64,000 nucleotides of DNA, from assembly GCA_902595195.1 (NCBI GenBank), contig CACJPC010000001.1, positions 86,654-150,653 on the forward strand. Reading direction: 5' to 3'. The notes beneath the pieces were generated by a model that saw only the letters and a list, made by a program, of their open reading frames with translations, did no database searches and was not told the origin of the DNA. The stretch's first letter is position 1, and each line of letters opens with the position of its first letter. Shown here piece by piece: positions 1 to 8,963 of the stretch. Made by a program: the position numbers and the translations under genes. The stretch is from an uncultured Candidatus Actinomarina sp. (GTDB lineage Bacteria; Actinomycetota; Acidimicrobiia; Actinomarinales; Actinomarinaceae).

Positions 1-444
1 GCCGAAAAATAAATCTGCTGAAGTTCCAATAGTTATAATTAACGCACCGAAGATTGATAAGATTTCATATACTGGACGAAAGATACCAGTACCTCTTAAA
101 GTTAGTCCATAAATTAATGAGTTAAATGCCCAAAAAAAGTACATTGGTAAAAAACCCTCTTCAACTATGGTGAGTTCAAGAAATGTACCTATGATAATGA
201 CTGTTGCCAGTCCTGATGAAGCCATTTTCCAATACTCTGGAACATGTCCTTCAGCTAGATAATATCCAGCAATAACTATTGATAAGAGCGAGAATCCCCA
301 GAAGAAATTTAGCAAATCTTCAACAGCATCTAATGCTGTAGTTCCTGAAAGCTCTGCTCCAATAAATACTATATTGATGACCAAAAAGAATAGGGCATTC
401 TGCCTAGACAGTTCACCAATTGGCTGTGTAAAGAATTTTTTCAT
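1..444 (-). CDS. polytopic membrane protein, unknown family (N-terminal part only; gene runs off the left edge)
   Basis: Absent from the ORF track because it is open at the window edge. Manual minus-strand translation from ATG 444-442 gives MKKFFTQPIGELSRQNALFFLVINIVFIGAELSGTT... A GGAAGG Shine-Dalgarno lies upstream. The frame stays open to position 1 and contains several hydrophobic helices. Confidence 0.6.
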   Translation of the reverse strand, partial: MKKFFTQPIGELSRQNALFFLVINIVFIGAELSGTTALDAVEDLLNFFWGFSLLSIVIAGYYLAEGHVPEYWKMASSGLATVIIIGTFLELTIVEEGFLPMYFFWAFNSLIYGLTLRGTGIFRPVYEILSIFGALIITIGTSADLFFG

Positions 445-538
445 AAGTTAACCTACCTTCCATAAGCTCCCTATATTTAATTGTGACGCAATTTAACTTC
501 CTTAAATTACAAGGCAAGTCTAATGAATAAACTTTGTC

Positions 539-571
539 GATGTATTAAAAATACAATATTTTTAATACATC
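539..571. repeat. perfect 33-bp palindrome (15-bp arms, 3-nt centre) in a divergent promoter region; candidate operator
   Basis: GATGTATTAAAAATA-CAA-TATTTTTAATACATC read directly. It lies between the minus-strand gene starting at 444 and the plus-strand gene starting at 582/612. Confidence 0.9.
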
Positions 572-581
572 CATTAACAAT

Positions 582-1238
582 TTGTTTACTATTTATGTTT
601 ACTATTTATGTGTGGACAAATCTAAAGTAAGAAGATTAAAAGAACGTGCTTCATATGATCTAAATGAACTTTTTTTATTCTTGAACAAAACCCATTTTGT
701 AACTGTGTCATTTAACCAGAAAGGAACTGTCTTTTCTATTCCAATGTTACATGCTATTTATAATGAAAAAATTTATCTACACGCTGCTGTTGGGTCAAGA
801 ATTACAAAAGAGTTGACTAATAATTCAAATGTAACACTGTCTGCAACAGATGTTCATGGAATAGTTTTGTCAAAAAGTCTTTTCCATTCTTCTATGAATT
901 ATCAATCAGCAGTTGTATTTGGTGAAACTAAAAGAATTAGTGATGAAAAACTTATGTATGCGGCATTTGAAAATATGGTTGATAGATTTTTTAAAGGAAG
1001 ATTTGAAGATGCAAGAAAACCTACAAAAAATGAGTGGCTACAAACTGCAATGCTTGAATTCACAATTGATGAATTTTCACTTAAACATCGCACTGGCATG
1101 CCTAAAGAAGAAGAGTCCGATAAAACCCTTCCAGTTTGGTCAGGAGTTGTGCCTATAGAAACTAAGTTTGTAACACCAGAAGTAGATAAAGAACATTCTG
1201 CTGATATTGATCTGCCTGATTATTTAGAGTTTCTCTAA
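582..1238 (+). CDS. pyridoxamine 5'-phosphate oxidase-like split-barrel flavin-binding protein
   Basis: ORF track. RRLKERASYD...IYLHAAVGSR...LSKSLFHSSMNYQSAVVFG...KHRTGMP resembles the PNPOx-like family common in Actinobacteria. The track start is TTG 582; in-frame GTG 612 is an alternative start. Confidence 0.75.
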   Translation: MFTIYVYYLCVDKSKVRRLKERASYDLNELFLFLNKTHFVTVSFNQKGTVFSIPMLHAIYNEKIYLHAAVGSRITKELTNNSNVTLSATDVHGIVLSKSLFHSSMNYQSAVVFGETKRISDEKLMYAAFENMVDRFFKGRFEDARKPTKNEWLQTAMLEFTIDEFSLKHRTGMPKEEESDKTLPVWSGVVPIETKFVTPEVDKEHSADIDLPDYLEFL

Positions 1239-2255
1239 AACTAAAGGTTTTACCTTTTCTCCAATTAATGTATAGGTTTCCATTAAATCTTCATGTGTTA
1301 GACCTGCGTTGTCAATCTGAAAAGTAAAACGAGATAAGCCTCCTAAAGCTTCACTATGTCTAACTAATTTTTCTGCTACTTCCTCTGGTCCACCAATAAC
1401 ATATGCACCCAAGTCACCGATTTGTTGCTCGAATCTCTCCATAGTAACTGGCGGCCAACCACGCTCTTTACCAATCTGATTAAACCAAATTCTATAGCCT
1501 GGGTAATATCTCTCGATAGCTTCCTCTTTTGAGTTTGCTACAAATCCGAGTGAATGAAGACCAACTTTTAGAGAGGATTTGTCATGGCCTGCTTTTTCTG
1601 CAGCTTCGTAATATAAATCTATTAAAGGTCTAAATCTGTGAGTTTCTCCACCTATAACTGCAACCATTAAGGGGAGGCCGAGTGATCCTGCTCTAACAAA
1701 AGAAGCAGGCGTACCACCAACTCCAACCCACACAGGCAGCTTCTCTTGCAATGGTCTTGGATACACAGTCTGATCTTCTAGAGAAGGTCTAAATTTTCCG
1801 GACCAAGTGACTTCTTTCTCATTTCTTATTCTTAATAAAAGGTCAAGCTTTTCAGCATAGAGGTCGTCATAATCATTAAAATCTAAACCAAAGAGTGGAA
1901 AAGCTTCTGTGAACGAACCTCTTCCTGCGACTATCTCTGCTCTACCATTTGAAATTAAATCTAATGTTGCATAATTTTGGAACAATCTAACTGGATCCAT
2001 TGCACTAATTACAGCTACTGCACTTGTTAGCCTTATATTTTCTGTCTTTGCTGCTGCTGCAGAAAGTATATTGTGTGCTGCTGAATCTAAAAACTCTTCT
2101 CTGTGGTGTTCTCCAAGACCAAAAACATCTAAACCTACTTTGTCTGCATGGACTATTCTCTCAATTAGCTCAGACATAGCACGAGCATCGTCCTGAACAG
2201 TGCCACCTTCATTAGTTTGAGTTTTTTTTGCGAATGAATCTATGCCTATTTCCAT
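1224..2255 (-). CDS. LLM-class (luciferase-like) flavin/F420-dependent oxidoreductase
   Basis: ORF track. The N-terminus IGIDSF...VGLDVFGLGEHHREEF and the overall TIM-barrel LLM pattern fit this class. Confidence 0.8.
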   Translation of the reverse strand: MEIGIDSFAKKTQTNEGGTVQDDARAMSELIERIVHADKVGLDVFGLGEHHREEFLDSAAHNILSAAAAKTENIRLTSAVAVISAMDPVRLFQNYATLDLISNGRAEIVAGRGSFTEAFPLFGLDFNDYDDLYAEKLDLLLRIRNEKEVTWSGKFRPSLEDQTVYPRPLQEKLPVWVGVGGTPASFVRAGSLGLPLMVAVIGGETHRFRPLIDLYYEAAEKAGHDKSSLKVGLHSLGFVANSKEEAIERYYPGYRIWFNQIGKERGWPPVTMERFEQQIGDLGAYVIGGPEEVAEKLVRHSEALGGLSRFTFQIDNAGLTHEDLMETYTLIGEKVKPLVLEKL

Positions 2256-2260
2256 AAAAA

Positions 2261-3559
2261 TTAGGAAATATTTTTTAAAGTTTGTGCAAGACTTTCTATT
2301 AGCATTTCAATATGGTCAATTTGGACACTTTCATTTGGTGCATGTGCATTTCCTAGTTCTTCATCAGCAGCACCAACTAGTACCAATTCTGCATTAGGAA
2401 ACTCCCTAACAAAATCATTGGCAAAAGGTATTGATCCACCAACACCAATGTAAGCAGTCTCATTGTCCCAGATCGAGTTAAAACTTTTAACTAACTCTTT
2501 TGTAAATGGTTTATTAGGATCTGCAACTACACCAGAACCTTTTGAGTTTGGAATAAATTTAACAGAAGCATTCCATGGAATATTTTTCATAACATGCTCT
2601 TCAAGCACTTTCATTGCATGCTCTGGGTCTTCGGTTGGGGGAAGTCTCAAGCTAATTTTTGCACTCGCTTTTGGAATGACTAAATTTACAGCATCTTTAA
2701 CTGGGGGTGCGTCAATAGCTAAGACATCCAATGCTGGCTCTAACCAGAGTCTTTTTGAAATACTTTCTGTATCAAATAGATTGATATCATCTGATCCAAG
2801 CATTTTTTTCAAAAACGATTCCTCTAGTTCAGTCACTTGCATATCTGTAGGAGTTAAACCTTCGATCATGAGTTCTCCTTTTTCATTATGAAAAGAAGCA
2901 ATAATTCTACTTAAAACCATAAAAGCATCGGGAACAACCCCTCCGCCAACACCAGAATGTATCGGTCTCATTGGTTGATCAACCTCAATAATTGCATCAA
3001 CCAGACCTCTTAATGTTGTTGTGATAGTTGGTACGCCAATTTTTACATTTCCTGAATCAGCAATAACAATAACGTCAGCTTCTAGTGCTTCTCTGTTTTG
3101 TTCAATGAAGTCTGACATAGTTGGAGATCCAATTTCTTCTTCTCCCTCGATAAAAATTTTGATATTTACTGGTAAATCGTTTAATAGATCTTTTACAACA
3201 TTGTAATGAACAACTACTCCTGATTTGTTATCACCTGAACCTCTGCCATAAAGTCTTCCATCTTTTACTACAGGATCAAATGGTTCAGTGTTCCACAAAT
3301 CTACATCTCCCACTGGTTGTACATCGTGGTGAGCATAAAGAAGAACAGTTTTTTTGGAAGGATCGATTTCTGTGTGAGCTACAACTGCTGGCATTCCTCC
3401 TGCAACCTTGATAACTTGAGTGTTTAATCCCAGGTCTGCGAATAAGTTTTGAACAAATTGTGCTGAAGCATCCACATCATCTCTATGGTTTTTGTCAGAG
3501 CTGATAGATTTTATTTCTACCATTTCAGATAATAACTTAATTATTTCTTCTTGAGCCAT
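2261..3559 (-). CDS. M20 family metallopeptidase (dipeptidase/ArgE-DapE-like)
   Basis: ORF track. Motifs LLYAHHDVQP, GRGSGDNKSG and EGEEEIGSP are typical M20 metal-binding and catalytic motifs. Confidence 0.85.
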   Translation of the reverse strand: MAQEEIIKLLSEMVEIKSISSDKNHRDDVDASAQFVQNLFADLGLNTQVIKVAGGMPAVVAHTEIDPSKKTVLLYAHHDVQPVGDVDLWNTEPFDPVVKDGRLYGRGSGDNKSGVVVHYNVVKDLLNDLPVNIKIFIEGEEEIGSPTMSDFIEQNREALEADVIVIADSGNVKIGVPTITTTLRGLVDAIIEVDQPMRPIHSGVGGGVVPDAFMVLSRIIASFHNEKGELMIEGLTPTDMQVTELEESFLKKMLGSDDINLFDTESISKRLWLEPALDVLAIDAPPVKDAVNLVIPKASAKISLRLPPTEDPEHAMKVLEEHVMKNIPWNASVKFIPNSKGSGVVADPNKPFTKELVKSFNSIWDNETAYIGVGGSIPFANDFVREFPNAELVLVGAADEELGNAHAPNESVQIDHIEMLIESLAQTLKNIS

Positions 3560-3585
3560 AGGAATATTGTAAGGTTGAAAAATAT

Positions 3586-6201
3586 TTACTCGTAGGAGAT
3601 AGCTTCAAGTATATTTTGTCTTGCTGCCCTAATAGCAGGAAGTATTGCTGCAATTACTCCAGCAATTATTGCAATTCCAATCCACAATAATGTTTGCGGC
3701 ACAGAAACGGCAAATACTGTAAAGCCCTCATCAGCTAATGTCTGAATTAAGCTCCATGCAAAGAATATTCCTAATCCAGTACCCAGAGCTGCGCCAAATA
3801 TTGAAATAATGGAAGATTCAATAAATATCATTCTTCTTATTTGTTTTCTATAAGTTCCTATTGCTCTCATTAGTCCTATCTCCCTAGTTCTTTCATACAC
3901 CGATAAAGAGAGTGTGTTTGTAATACCAAATAGAGCTACAAAAATAGATATGGAAAGAAATCCATAAATTACGTTAAGAAGTAATTGTATTTGATTATTA
4001 GCTTCTTCAACTAAACCATCTTCATCTCTTACTTCAACTCCGGGGTATTCATCAACAATTGCGTTTATTTTCTGTTCTAATTCCGGAGTTTTTTTACTTA
4101 CGTTGAAATACAATTCTGTATCAAGCGATTCGTCAGCAAAAAAAGTATTGTTTTCAAGAAGTACAAAAAACTCAGCAGGTGGTTGAGTGGTCCAGTCAAA
4201 AATATAGGTGACAGTAAAAGTTCTTTCTCCTTCTTCAGGAATTGTTAGTACAACCTCATCTCCTACAAAAAGTTCTTCTCTTTCAGCAGTTTGTTTAAGT
4301 ATTCCTATTGCATCTTTTTTAAGGAAGTCTTTTCTATTTCCAGATATATCGTCTGTTTTTACAAGGTCAAAGACAGTTTCGTCGACTGCACCGAGAATAA
4401 GGGGTCTTTGGTTGTACCCAACAACAGTTGCTCTTGTTCTCGAAAGTTTTGTTACTTCATCTAGCTCTAAAAGCTCTTCCGATAAACCTGTTGGAATTCC
4501 AGGAGAAACAAATACGTTAGAAGCGCTTACTTGATAATCAGCAAGTATTACTTCACTTATTAATGACTCTGCTTGAGCTTTAAATGAGGTGGTTATTACA
4601 TTTGCTAAAGATATCAATGTTAGTCCGATCATTAAAGCTGATGCTGTTGATGCAGTTCTTCGTGGAGTTCTCTTAGAATTCTCTGTTGCCAATTTACCAA
4701 GAATTCCAAACACTAGGTTATACGCTTTATCAAAAATGAAAACAAATGGCTTTGTAATCGATGGTGTAATAACAGAAATTCCAATAAATATTACACCTGC
4801 GCCAAATCCTACTTGCTGCAAAGAAGATAGAGTCGGAAGATCTAGGAAATCGTATAACACTCCAAACAACATACCAAACCCAACAACAGAAATAAGCGAG
4901 CCAAAAACTAAACGTATAAACAAGGATTTTCTTCTAGGGGTTGAGACACTATCTCTAATCGCTTCCATTGGGCTTACCTGGGAGGCTTTTCTAGCTGGCA
5001 ATAAAGAAGACAAGATAGTAACAGTTATTCCGATAATTAATCCTGTTATTGCAGCTTCTGTAGTTAAGACTAATGGTCCATCTGGTAATCCAAACTCGAA
5101 ATACTGCAGTCCTTCCTTCACTGCAATCGCCAAACCAATACCAAGTGCTATCCCTAATCCAGATCCTATTACAGACATAAATAAGGACTCAGATATTACT
5201 AATCTGTAAATTTGTCTTTTTGAGGTACCAAGAGCTCTAAGAAGTGAAAGTTCTTTTGTTCTTTGAAGCAAAAGAATTCTAAATGTATTTTGAATGATAA
5301 AAGCGCCAACAAATATTGCGATACCAGCAAATACATTAAGTATCGTATTAAAAAAATCAAGACCTTGTTTAATTGAATCAGCTTGTTCTGCTGCAGCTTC
5401 TTGAGCATTAATTACATTTAAATTTTCTGAATCTAGGTTAGTAATTTCAGTTTTCACATCATTAATATCAAAATTATTTTCGATTACTACATTAATGAGA
5501 TCCACTTCTCCTCTTGAATCTAGTAATTTTTGAGCAGTTCTAAATTCGAATAGAGCAAAGGTTGCACCTCCTGGAGCACCTACATTAGCAAACTCTGCAA
5601 TTCCAACAATCGTAAATGATGCAGGAGTTGCACCAGCCAAAACAGTTACCCTATCTCCAACTGTAAAGTCATGATTTTCAGCAGTCACAACATCCATAAC
5701 AACTTCTTTTGTATTAGTTGGGGGTTCTCCTTCTACTAAAGACCATTGCTGTGCATAAGGGTTGCTATCCCAAGCGGCACCAAATGTAGGAGCAAACCCG
5801 TTAGAGATTAATACTGTTTCTCCATCAACAATTTTTATAAATTGTGCAAATCCTAGTACTTCACCCCAAGCAGCTTTTACACTTGGTAAATTTGAAATCT
5901 CCTCAATTCTTTCATCGGGTATTTTTTTAACTTCAAAAGAGATTGGTCCTTGTCCACCGTCGCCACTAAAACCCTCAGCAAAATCTTCTTGTATTGGCTG
6001 TACTACTAAGTCGACTCCCTCATAAATACCTGAGAATAAGTTATCGAATGCGGATTTATTGCTTTCCGAAAAAATATTTGAAGCAATAATGACTGCGACG
6101 CCAAGAATGATTGATGAAGTTGTTAAAAATATTCTGACTGGATAGGTTTTTAAATTTTTCCAGGCTATCAGAAATAGAGGGCGTTTTGTAAATCCAAACA
6201 T
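3586..6201 (-). CDS. ABC transporter permease, duplicated FtsX/MacB-type (871 aa)
   Basis: ORF track. Two FtsX-like 4-TM modules, each preceded by a large extracytoplasmic domain. Its start is adjacent to the stop of the ATPase gene upstream (shared position 6201). Confidence 0.85.
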   Translation of the reverse strand: MFGFTKRPLFLIAWKNLKTYPVRIFLTTSSIILGVAVIIASNIFSESNKSAFDNLFSGIYEGVDLVVQPIQEDFAEGFSGDGGQGPISFEVKKIPDERIEEISNLPSVKAAWGEVLGFAQFIKIVDGETVLISNGFAPTFGAAWDSNPYAQQWSLVEGEPPTNTKEVVMDVVTAENHDFTVGDRVTVLAGATPASFTIVGIAEFANVGAPGGATFALFEFRTAQKLLDSRGEVDLINVVIENNFDINDVKTEITNLDSENLNVINAQEAAAEQADSIKQGLDFFNTILNVFAGIAIFVGAFIIQNTFRILLLQRTKELSLLRALGTSKRQIYRLVISESLFMSVIGSGLGIALGIGLAIAVKEGLQYFEFGLPDGPLVLTTEAAITGLIIGITVTILSSLLPARKASQVSPMEAIRDSVSTPRRKSLFIRLVFGSLISVVGFGMLFGVLYDFLDLPTLSSLQQVGFGAGVIFIGISVITPSITKPFVFIFDKAYNLVFGILGKLATENSKRTPRRTASTASALMIGLTLISLANVITTSFKAQAESLISEVILADYQVSASNVFVSPGIPTGLSEELLELDEVTKLSRTRATVVGYNQRPLILGAVDETVFDLVKTDDISGNRKDFLKKDAIGILKQTAEREELFVGDEVVLTIPEEGERTFTVTYIFDWTTQPPAEFFVLLENNTFFADESLDTELYFNVSKKTPELEQKINAIVDEYPGVEVRDEDGLVEEANNQIQLLLNVIYGFLSISIFVALFGITNTLSLSVYERTREIGLMRAIGTYRKQIRRMIFIESSIISIFGAALGTGLGIFFAWSLIQTLADEGFTVFAVSVPQTLLWIGIAIIAGVIAAILPAIRAARQNILEAISYE

Positions 6202-6929
6202 TAGATGTTAGTTAAAGCCGTAACCTCTGCAACAATTTCTTCTTGTGTTGGTTGGTCTAAATCGCTAGCAATTCTTCCATCTTTCAACATTATTACTCTG
6301 TTGGCGTAAGAAGCAGCATAGGGATCATGAGTAACCATTATTATTGTTTGGTTAAGCTCTTCAACAACAGACTTCATAAAACTTAAAAGCTCTTTACTTG
6401 ACTTAGAGTCTAAATTTCCTGAAGGTTCGTCTGCAAATATTACTTCTGGTTTTGTTGCCATAGCCCTAGCTGCCGCTACTCGTTGCTGTTGTCCCCCTGA
6501 AAGCTCGTTAGGTCGATGTGATAATCTATCTCCAATATCTACAGTTTCAACAACTTGCTTTACCCAATCCATATCTGGCTTTCGTCCAGCAATTGATGCA
6601 GGTAGTGTAATGTTTTCTTCCGCGGTTAGAGTTGGAATTAAGTTAAAAGCCTGAAATACAAATCCAAAACTATCTCTCCTGATTTTTGTTAGTTGCTTAT
6701 CGTTTAGAGTTGAAATATCTTCTTCTTTTAAAAATATTTGTCCTGATGTGGGCCTGTCTAATCCAGCTAAACAGTGAAGAAGTGTTGATTTACCCGAGCC
6801 AGATGGACCCATGATTGCTGTGAATTCGTTTTCTTTAAATTCAACATTAATGTTGTCAAGTGCTGTGACACTTGTTTCTTTCTCTCCATAAATTTTTGTT
6901 AAATTTACTGAATGAATTATTTTATTCAT
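6201..6929 (-). CDS. ABC transporter ATP-binding protein (MacB/LolD-like)
   Basis: Walker A GPSGSGKST, signature LSGGQQQRV and Walker B IFADEPSGNLD are present. The track ORF extends to 7019, but the ATG at 6929 (MNKIIHSVNLTKIYG) gives the normal N-terminus. Confidence 0.9.
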   Translation of the reverse strand: MNKIIHSVNLTKIYGEKETSVTALDNINVEFKENEFTAIMGPSGSGKSTLLHCLAGLDRPTSGQIFLKEEDISTLNDKQLTKIRRDSFGFVFQAFNLIPTLTAEENITLPASIAGRKPDMDWVKQVVETVDIGDRLSHRPNELSGGQQQRVAAARAMATKPEVIFADEPSGNLDSKSSKELLSFMKSVVEELNQTIIMVTHDPYAASYANRVIMLKDGRIASDLDQPTQEEIVAEVTALTNI

Positions 6930-7005
6930 GAGTCCAATACTAGGTTGCAGATAGATATATGATATTTTCGTATTTTCTGTTAACAAAAAATTTACAAATA
7001 AAATT

Positions 7006-7033
7006 TTGAAAATTTTCAATTTACCTCTACATT
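7006..7033 (+). promoter_or_regulatory. candidate promoter (TTGAAA - 16 nt - TACATT) for a leaderless trp leader transcript
   Basis: TTGAAA at 7006-7011 and TACATT at 7028-7033. The leader ATG at 7041 starts 7 nt after the -10 hexamer, and there is no Shine-Dalgarno before the leader ORF. Confidence 0.35.
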
Positions 7034-7040
7034 TATAACA

Positions 7041-7085
7041 ATGTATAAAGTAACAAACTGGAACTGGTGGATTCTACATATGTAG
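7041..7085 (+). CDS. trpL: Trp-rich leader peptide MYKVTNWNWWILHM (attenuation leader)
   Basis: ATG TAT AAA GTA ACA AAC TGG AAC TGG TGG ATT CTA CAT ATG TAG read directly. It has three Trp codons within four codons, followed by a terminator hairpin and then a TrpB-family gene. Confidence 0.6.
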   Translation: MYKVTNWNWWILHM

Positions 7086-7110
7086 GTGCCTAGTTCTATG
7101 TTGTTTTCTT

Positions 7111-7136
7111 AAGCCGGGCACAGCCCGGTTTTTTTT
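7111..7136 (+). terminator. rho-independent terminator/attenuator upstream of trpB2
   Basis: AAG-CCGGGC-ACA-GCCCGG-TTT forms a 6-bp all-GC stem, extendable to 9 bp, followed by a run of eight T (7129-7136). The AGGAGG Shine-Dalgarno and the trpB2 ATG (7151) follow. Confidence 0.75.
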
Positions 7137-7150
7137 ATTTAGGAGGAAAA

Positions 7151-8506
7151 ATGACAGAACAATATAAATTTTTACTATCAGAATCTGAGATGCCAAAAAG
7201 GTGGTACAACATTGTGCCTGATTTACCAAGTCCTTTACCTCCACCGTTAAACCCTCAAACTATGGAGCCAATTGGACCTGAAGATCTTGCACCTTTATTT
7301 CCAATGGGATTAATACTGCAAGAAGTGTCTCAGGATTCATATATAGACATACCCCAACCAGTTCTTGACCTATATAAGCTATATAGGCCTTCCCCTTTGT
7401 TTAGAGCGGTTCGGCTCGAAAAAGCTCTCGGAACAAATTCGAGAATATATTACAAATACGAAGGTGGTTCCCCATCTGGCTCGCATAAGCCAAACACTGC
7501 AATCCCCCAAGCGTTTTACAACGCGGAAGAAGGTGTTAAAAAAATGGTTACAGAAACTGGTGCGGGTCAGTGGGGTTCTGCTTTAGCATTTGCTTGTCAG
7601 GCTTTTGATATTGAACTTGAAGTTTTTCAAGTTGCTGCATCTTATCTAGCTAAACCTTATAGAAAAACAATGATGGAGATCTACGGTGCAACTGTACATT
7701 CAAGCCCTTCGGAGAGAACGGATATAGGTAAAAAGTTTTTATCTGAGGATCCAGAAACTCCTGGAAGCTTAGGTATTGCTATTTCAGAAGCAATAGAGGT
7801 TGCAGCTAAGGATGAAAAAACTCGATATGCACTAGGAAGTGTTTTAAATCATGTACTAATGCATCAAACCATTATTGGGGAAGAGGCTCTAAAACAAATT
7901 GATTTAGCTGGAGACTATCCGGATGTAATAGTTGGATGTACTGGTGGAGGTTCAAATTTCGCCGGTCTGTTTACACCTTTTGCAAGAGAAAATATGCAAA
8001 ATAATAAATCTACTGTTATTAGAGCTGTTGAACCTGAGGCTTGTCCATCTTTGACTAAGGGAACGTATGCATATGATTTTGGAGACTCAGTAGGAATGGC
8101 TCCTGTAGTCAAAATGCATACCCTTGGTCATTCTTTTGTACCTGATCCTATCCATGCAGGAGGTTTAAGGTATCACGGAATGGCACCTTTGGTAAGTGCA
8201 ATGTACGAAGAGAAGTTGATTGAAGCAGAAGCAATTGGACAGAAAGAGTGTTTTGAAGCAGGTCAATTGTTTGCGAAAACTGAAGGTATAGTTCCAGCTC
8301 CCGAAGCTACACATGCAATAGCATCGGCAATACGAGCAGCGAAAAATGCAGATACAAACTCTGAATCAATTGCAGTATTGACTGCTATGTGTGGTCACGG
8401 ACACTTTGATATGCAGGCGTATAGTAATTTCCTATCAGGAGAAATGGTAGATTACGAATTTCCTGCTGAAAAAGTAAAAATAGCAAAGGAGTCAATTAAG
8501 TCTTAG
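7151..8506 (+). CDS. trpB2: TrpB-like pyridoxal-phosphate enzyme, long TrpB2 type (tryptophan synthase beta-like)
   Basis: ORF track, 451 aa. It has the N-terminal extension MPKRWYNIVPDLP...PP typical of TrpB2 and a PLP-lysine region GGSPSGSHKPNTA. No trpA or other trp genes are nearby. Confidence 0.85.
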   Translation: MTEQYKFLLSESEMPKRWYNIVPDLPSPLPPPLNPQTMEPIGPEDLAPLFPMGLILQEVSQDSYIDIPQPVLDLYKLYRPSPLFRAVRLEKALGTNSRIYYKYEGGSPSGSHKPNTAIPQAFYNAEEGVKKMVTETGAGQWGSALAFACQAFDIELEVFQVAASYLAKPYRKTMMEIYGATVHSSPSERTDIGKKFLSEDPETPGSLGIAISEAIEVAAKDEKTRYALGSVLNHVLMHQTIIGEEALKQIDLAGDYPDVIVGCTGGGSNFAGLFTPFARENMQNNKSTVIRAVEPEACPSLTKGTYAYDFGDSVGMAPVVKMHTLGHSFVPDPIHAGGLRYHGMAPLVSAMYEEKLIEAEAIGQKECFEAGQLFAKTEGIVPAPEATHAIASAIRAAKNADTNSESIAVLTAMCGHGHFDMQAYSNFLSGEMVDYEFPAEKVKIAKESIKS

Positions 8507-8959
8507 AGTGGTTATCTCCTTCCACTCTGAAACCTTTGGTCCTGTCTTGTAAAGAGACAGTGTATCAAAAGAAATAGTTATAGGGATGAGTTCATTAAGC
8601 TCCCCCAAGTCAAAAGATTTGGGTAACTCATCCCCGTAACTTAAAGAAAGATGAGGTACCCAAAAACTTGGCCAACCTTCTATTTTTGAAACAGAGTTAA
8701 AAAAATAGGAATTGTCTGAAGATTCAAGATATAGTCTTTGAAGATATGTGTCTCCCGTAGATATTTTGTCAAAGTTAATAATACATTTTTCATTGGAAAG
8801 CAGTTTTAAAGTATTCATTGCTGTTTCGTAAGTAGAAATTTTCGTTACTAGGGTTACATGTGGAAAAAATGAGTCTTTTCCTTCTTCTTTTGCAAATCTT
8901 TTAATCAAGTCATATATTTCTTTATTGTGTTTGGTGCTTTGAAGCCAAATCGAATACAT
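8492..8959 (-). CDS. 2H phosphoesterase superfamily protein (cyclic phosphodiesterase / RNA-ligase-like)
   Basis: ORF track. Two H-x-T/S-x motifs are present: FPHVTLVT and VPHLSLSY. Confidence 0.65.
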   Translation of the reverse strand: MYSIWLQSTKHNKEIYDLIKRFAKEEGKDSFFPHVTLVTKISTYETAMNTLKLLSNEKCIINFDKISTGDTYLQRLYLESSDNSYFFNSVSKIEGWPSFWVPHLSLSYGDELPKSFDLGELNELIPITISFDTLSLYKTGPKVSEWKEITTLRLN

Positions 8960-8963
8960 AAAT

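Noticed and set aside
2463-2891. Long ORFs antisense to, or out of frame with, clear genes. Examples: 902-1099, 913-1158, 2463-2891, 4589-5209, 22017-22502, 37466-37927, 38186-38599.
   Set aside because: Their translations are low-complexity Ser/Ile/Phe-rich strings with no motifs. Each lies entirely inside a gene with strong family signatures on the other strand or frame, so they are shadow ORFs.
6930-7019. N-terminal extensions of track ORFs. Examples: 6201-7019, 8964-9857, 21398-21895, 39371-, 40293-, 48137-.
   Set aside because: Internal starts give normal family N-termini, better Shine-Dalgarno sequences or coupling overlaps. The extensions also run through elements that look regulatory: a promoter, ARG boxes, a riboswitch platform and a direct repeat.
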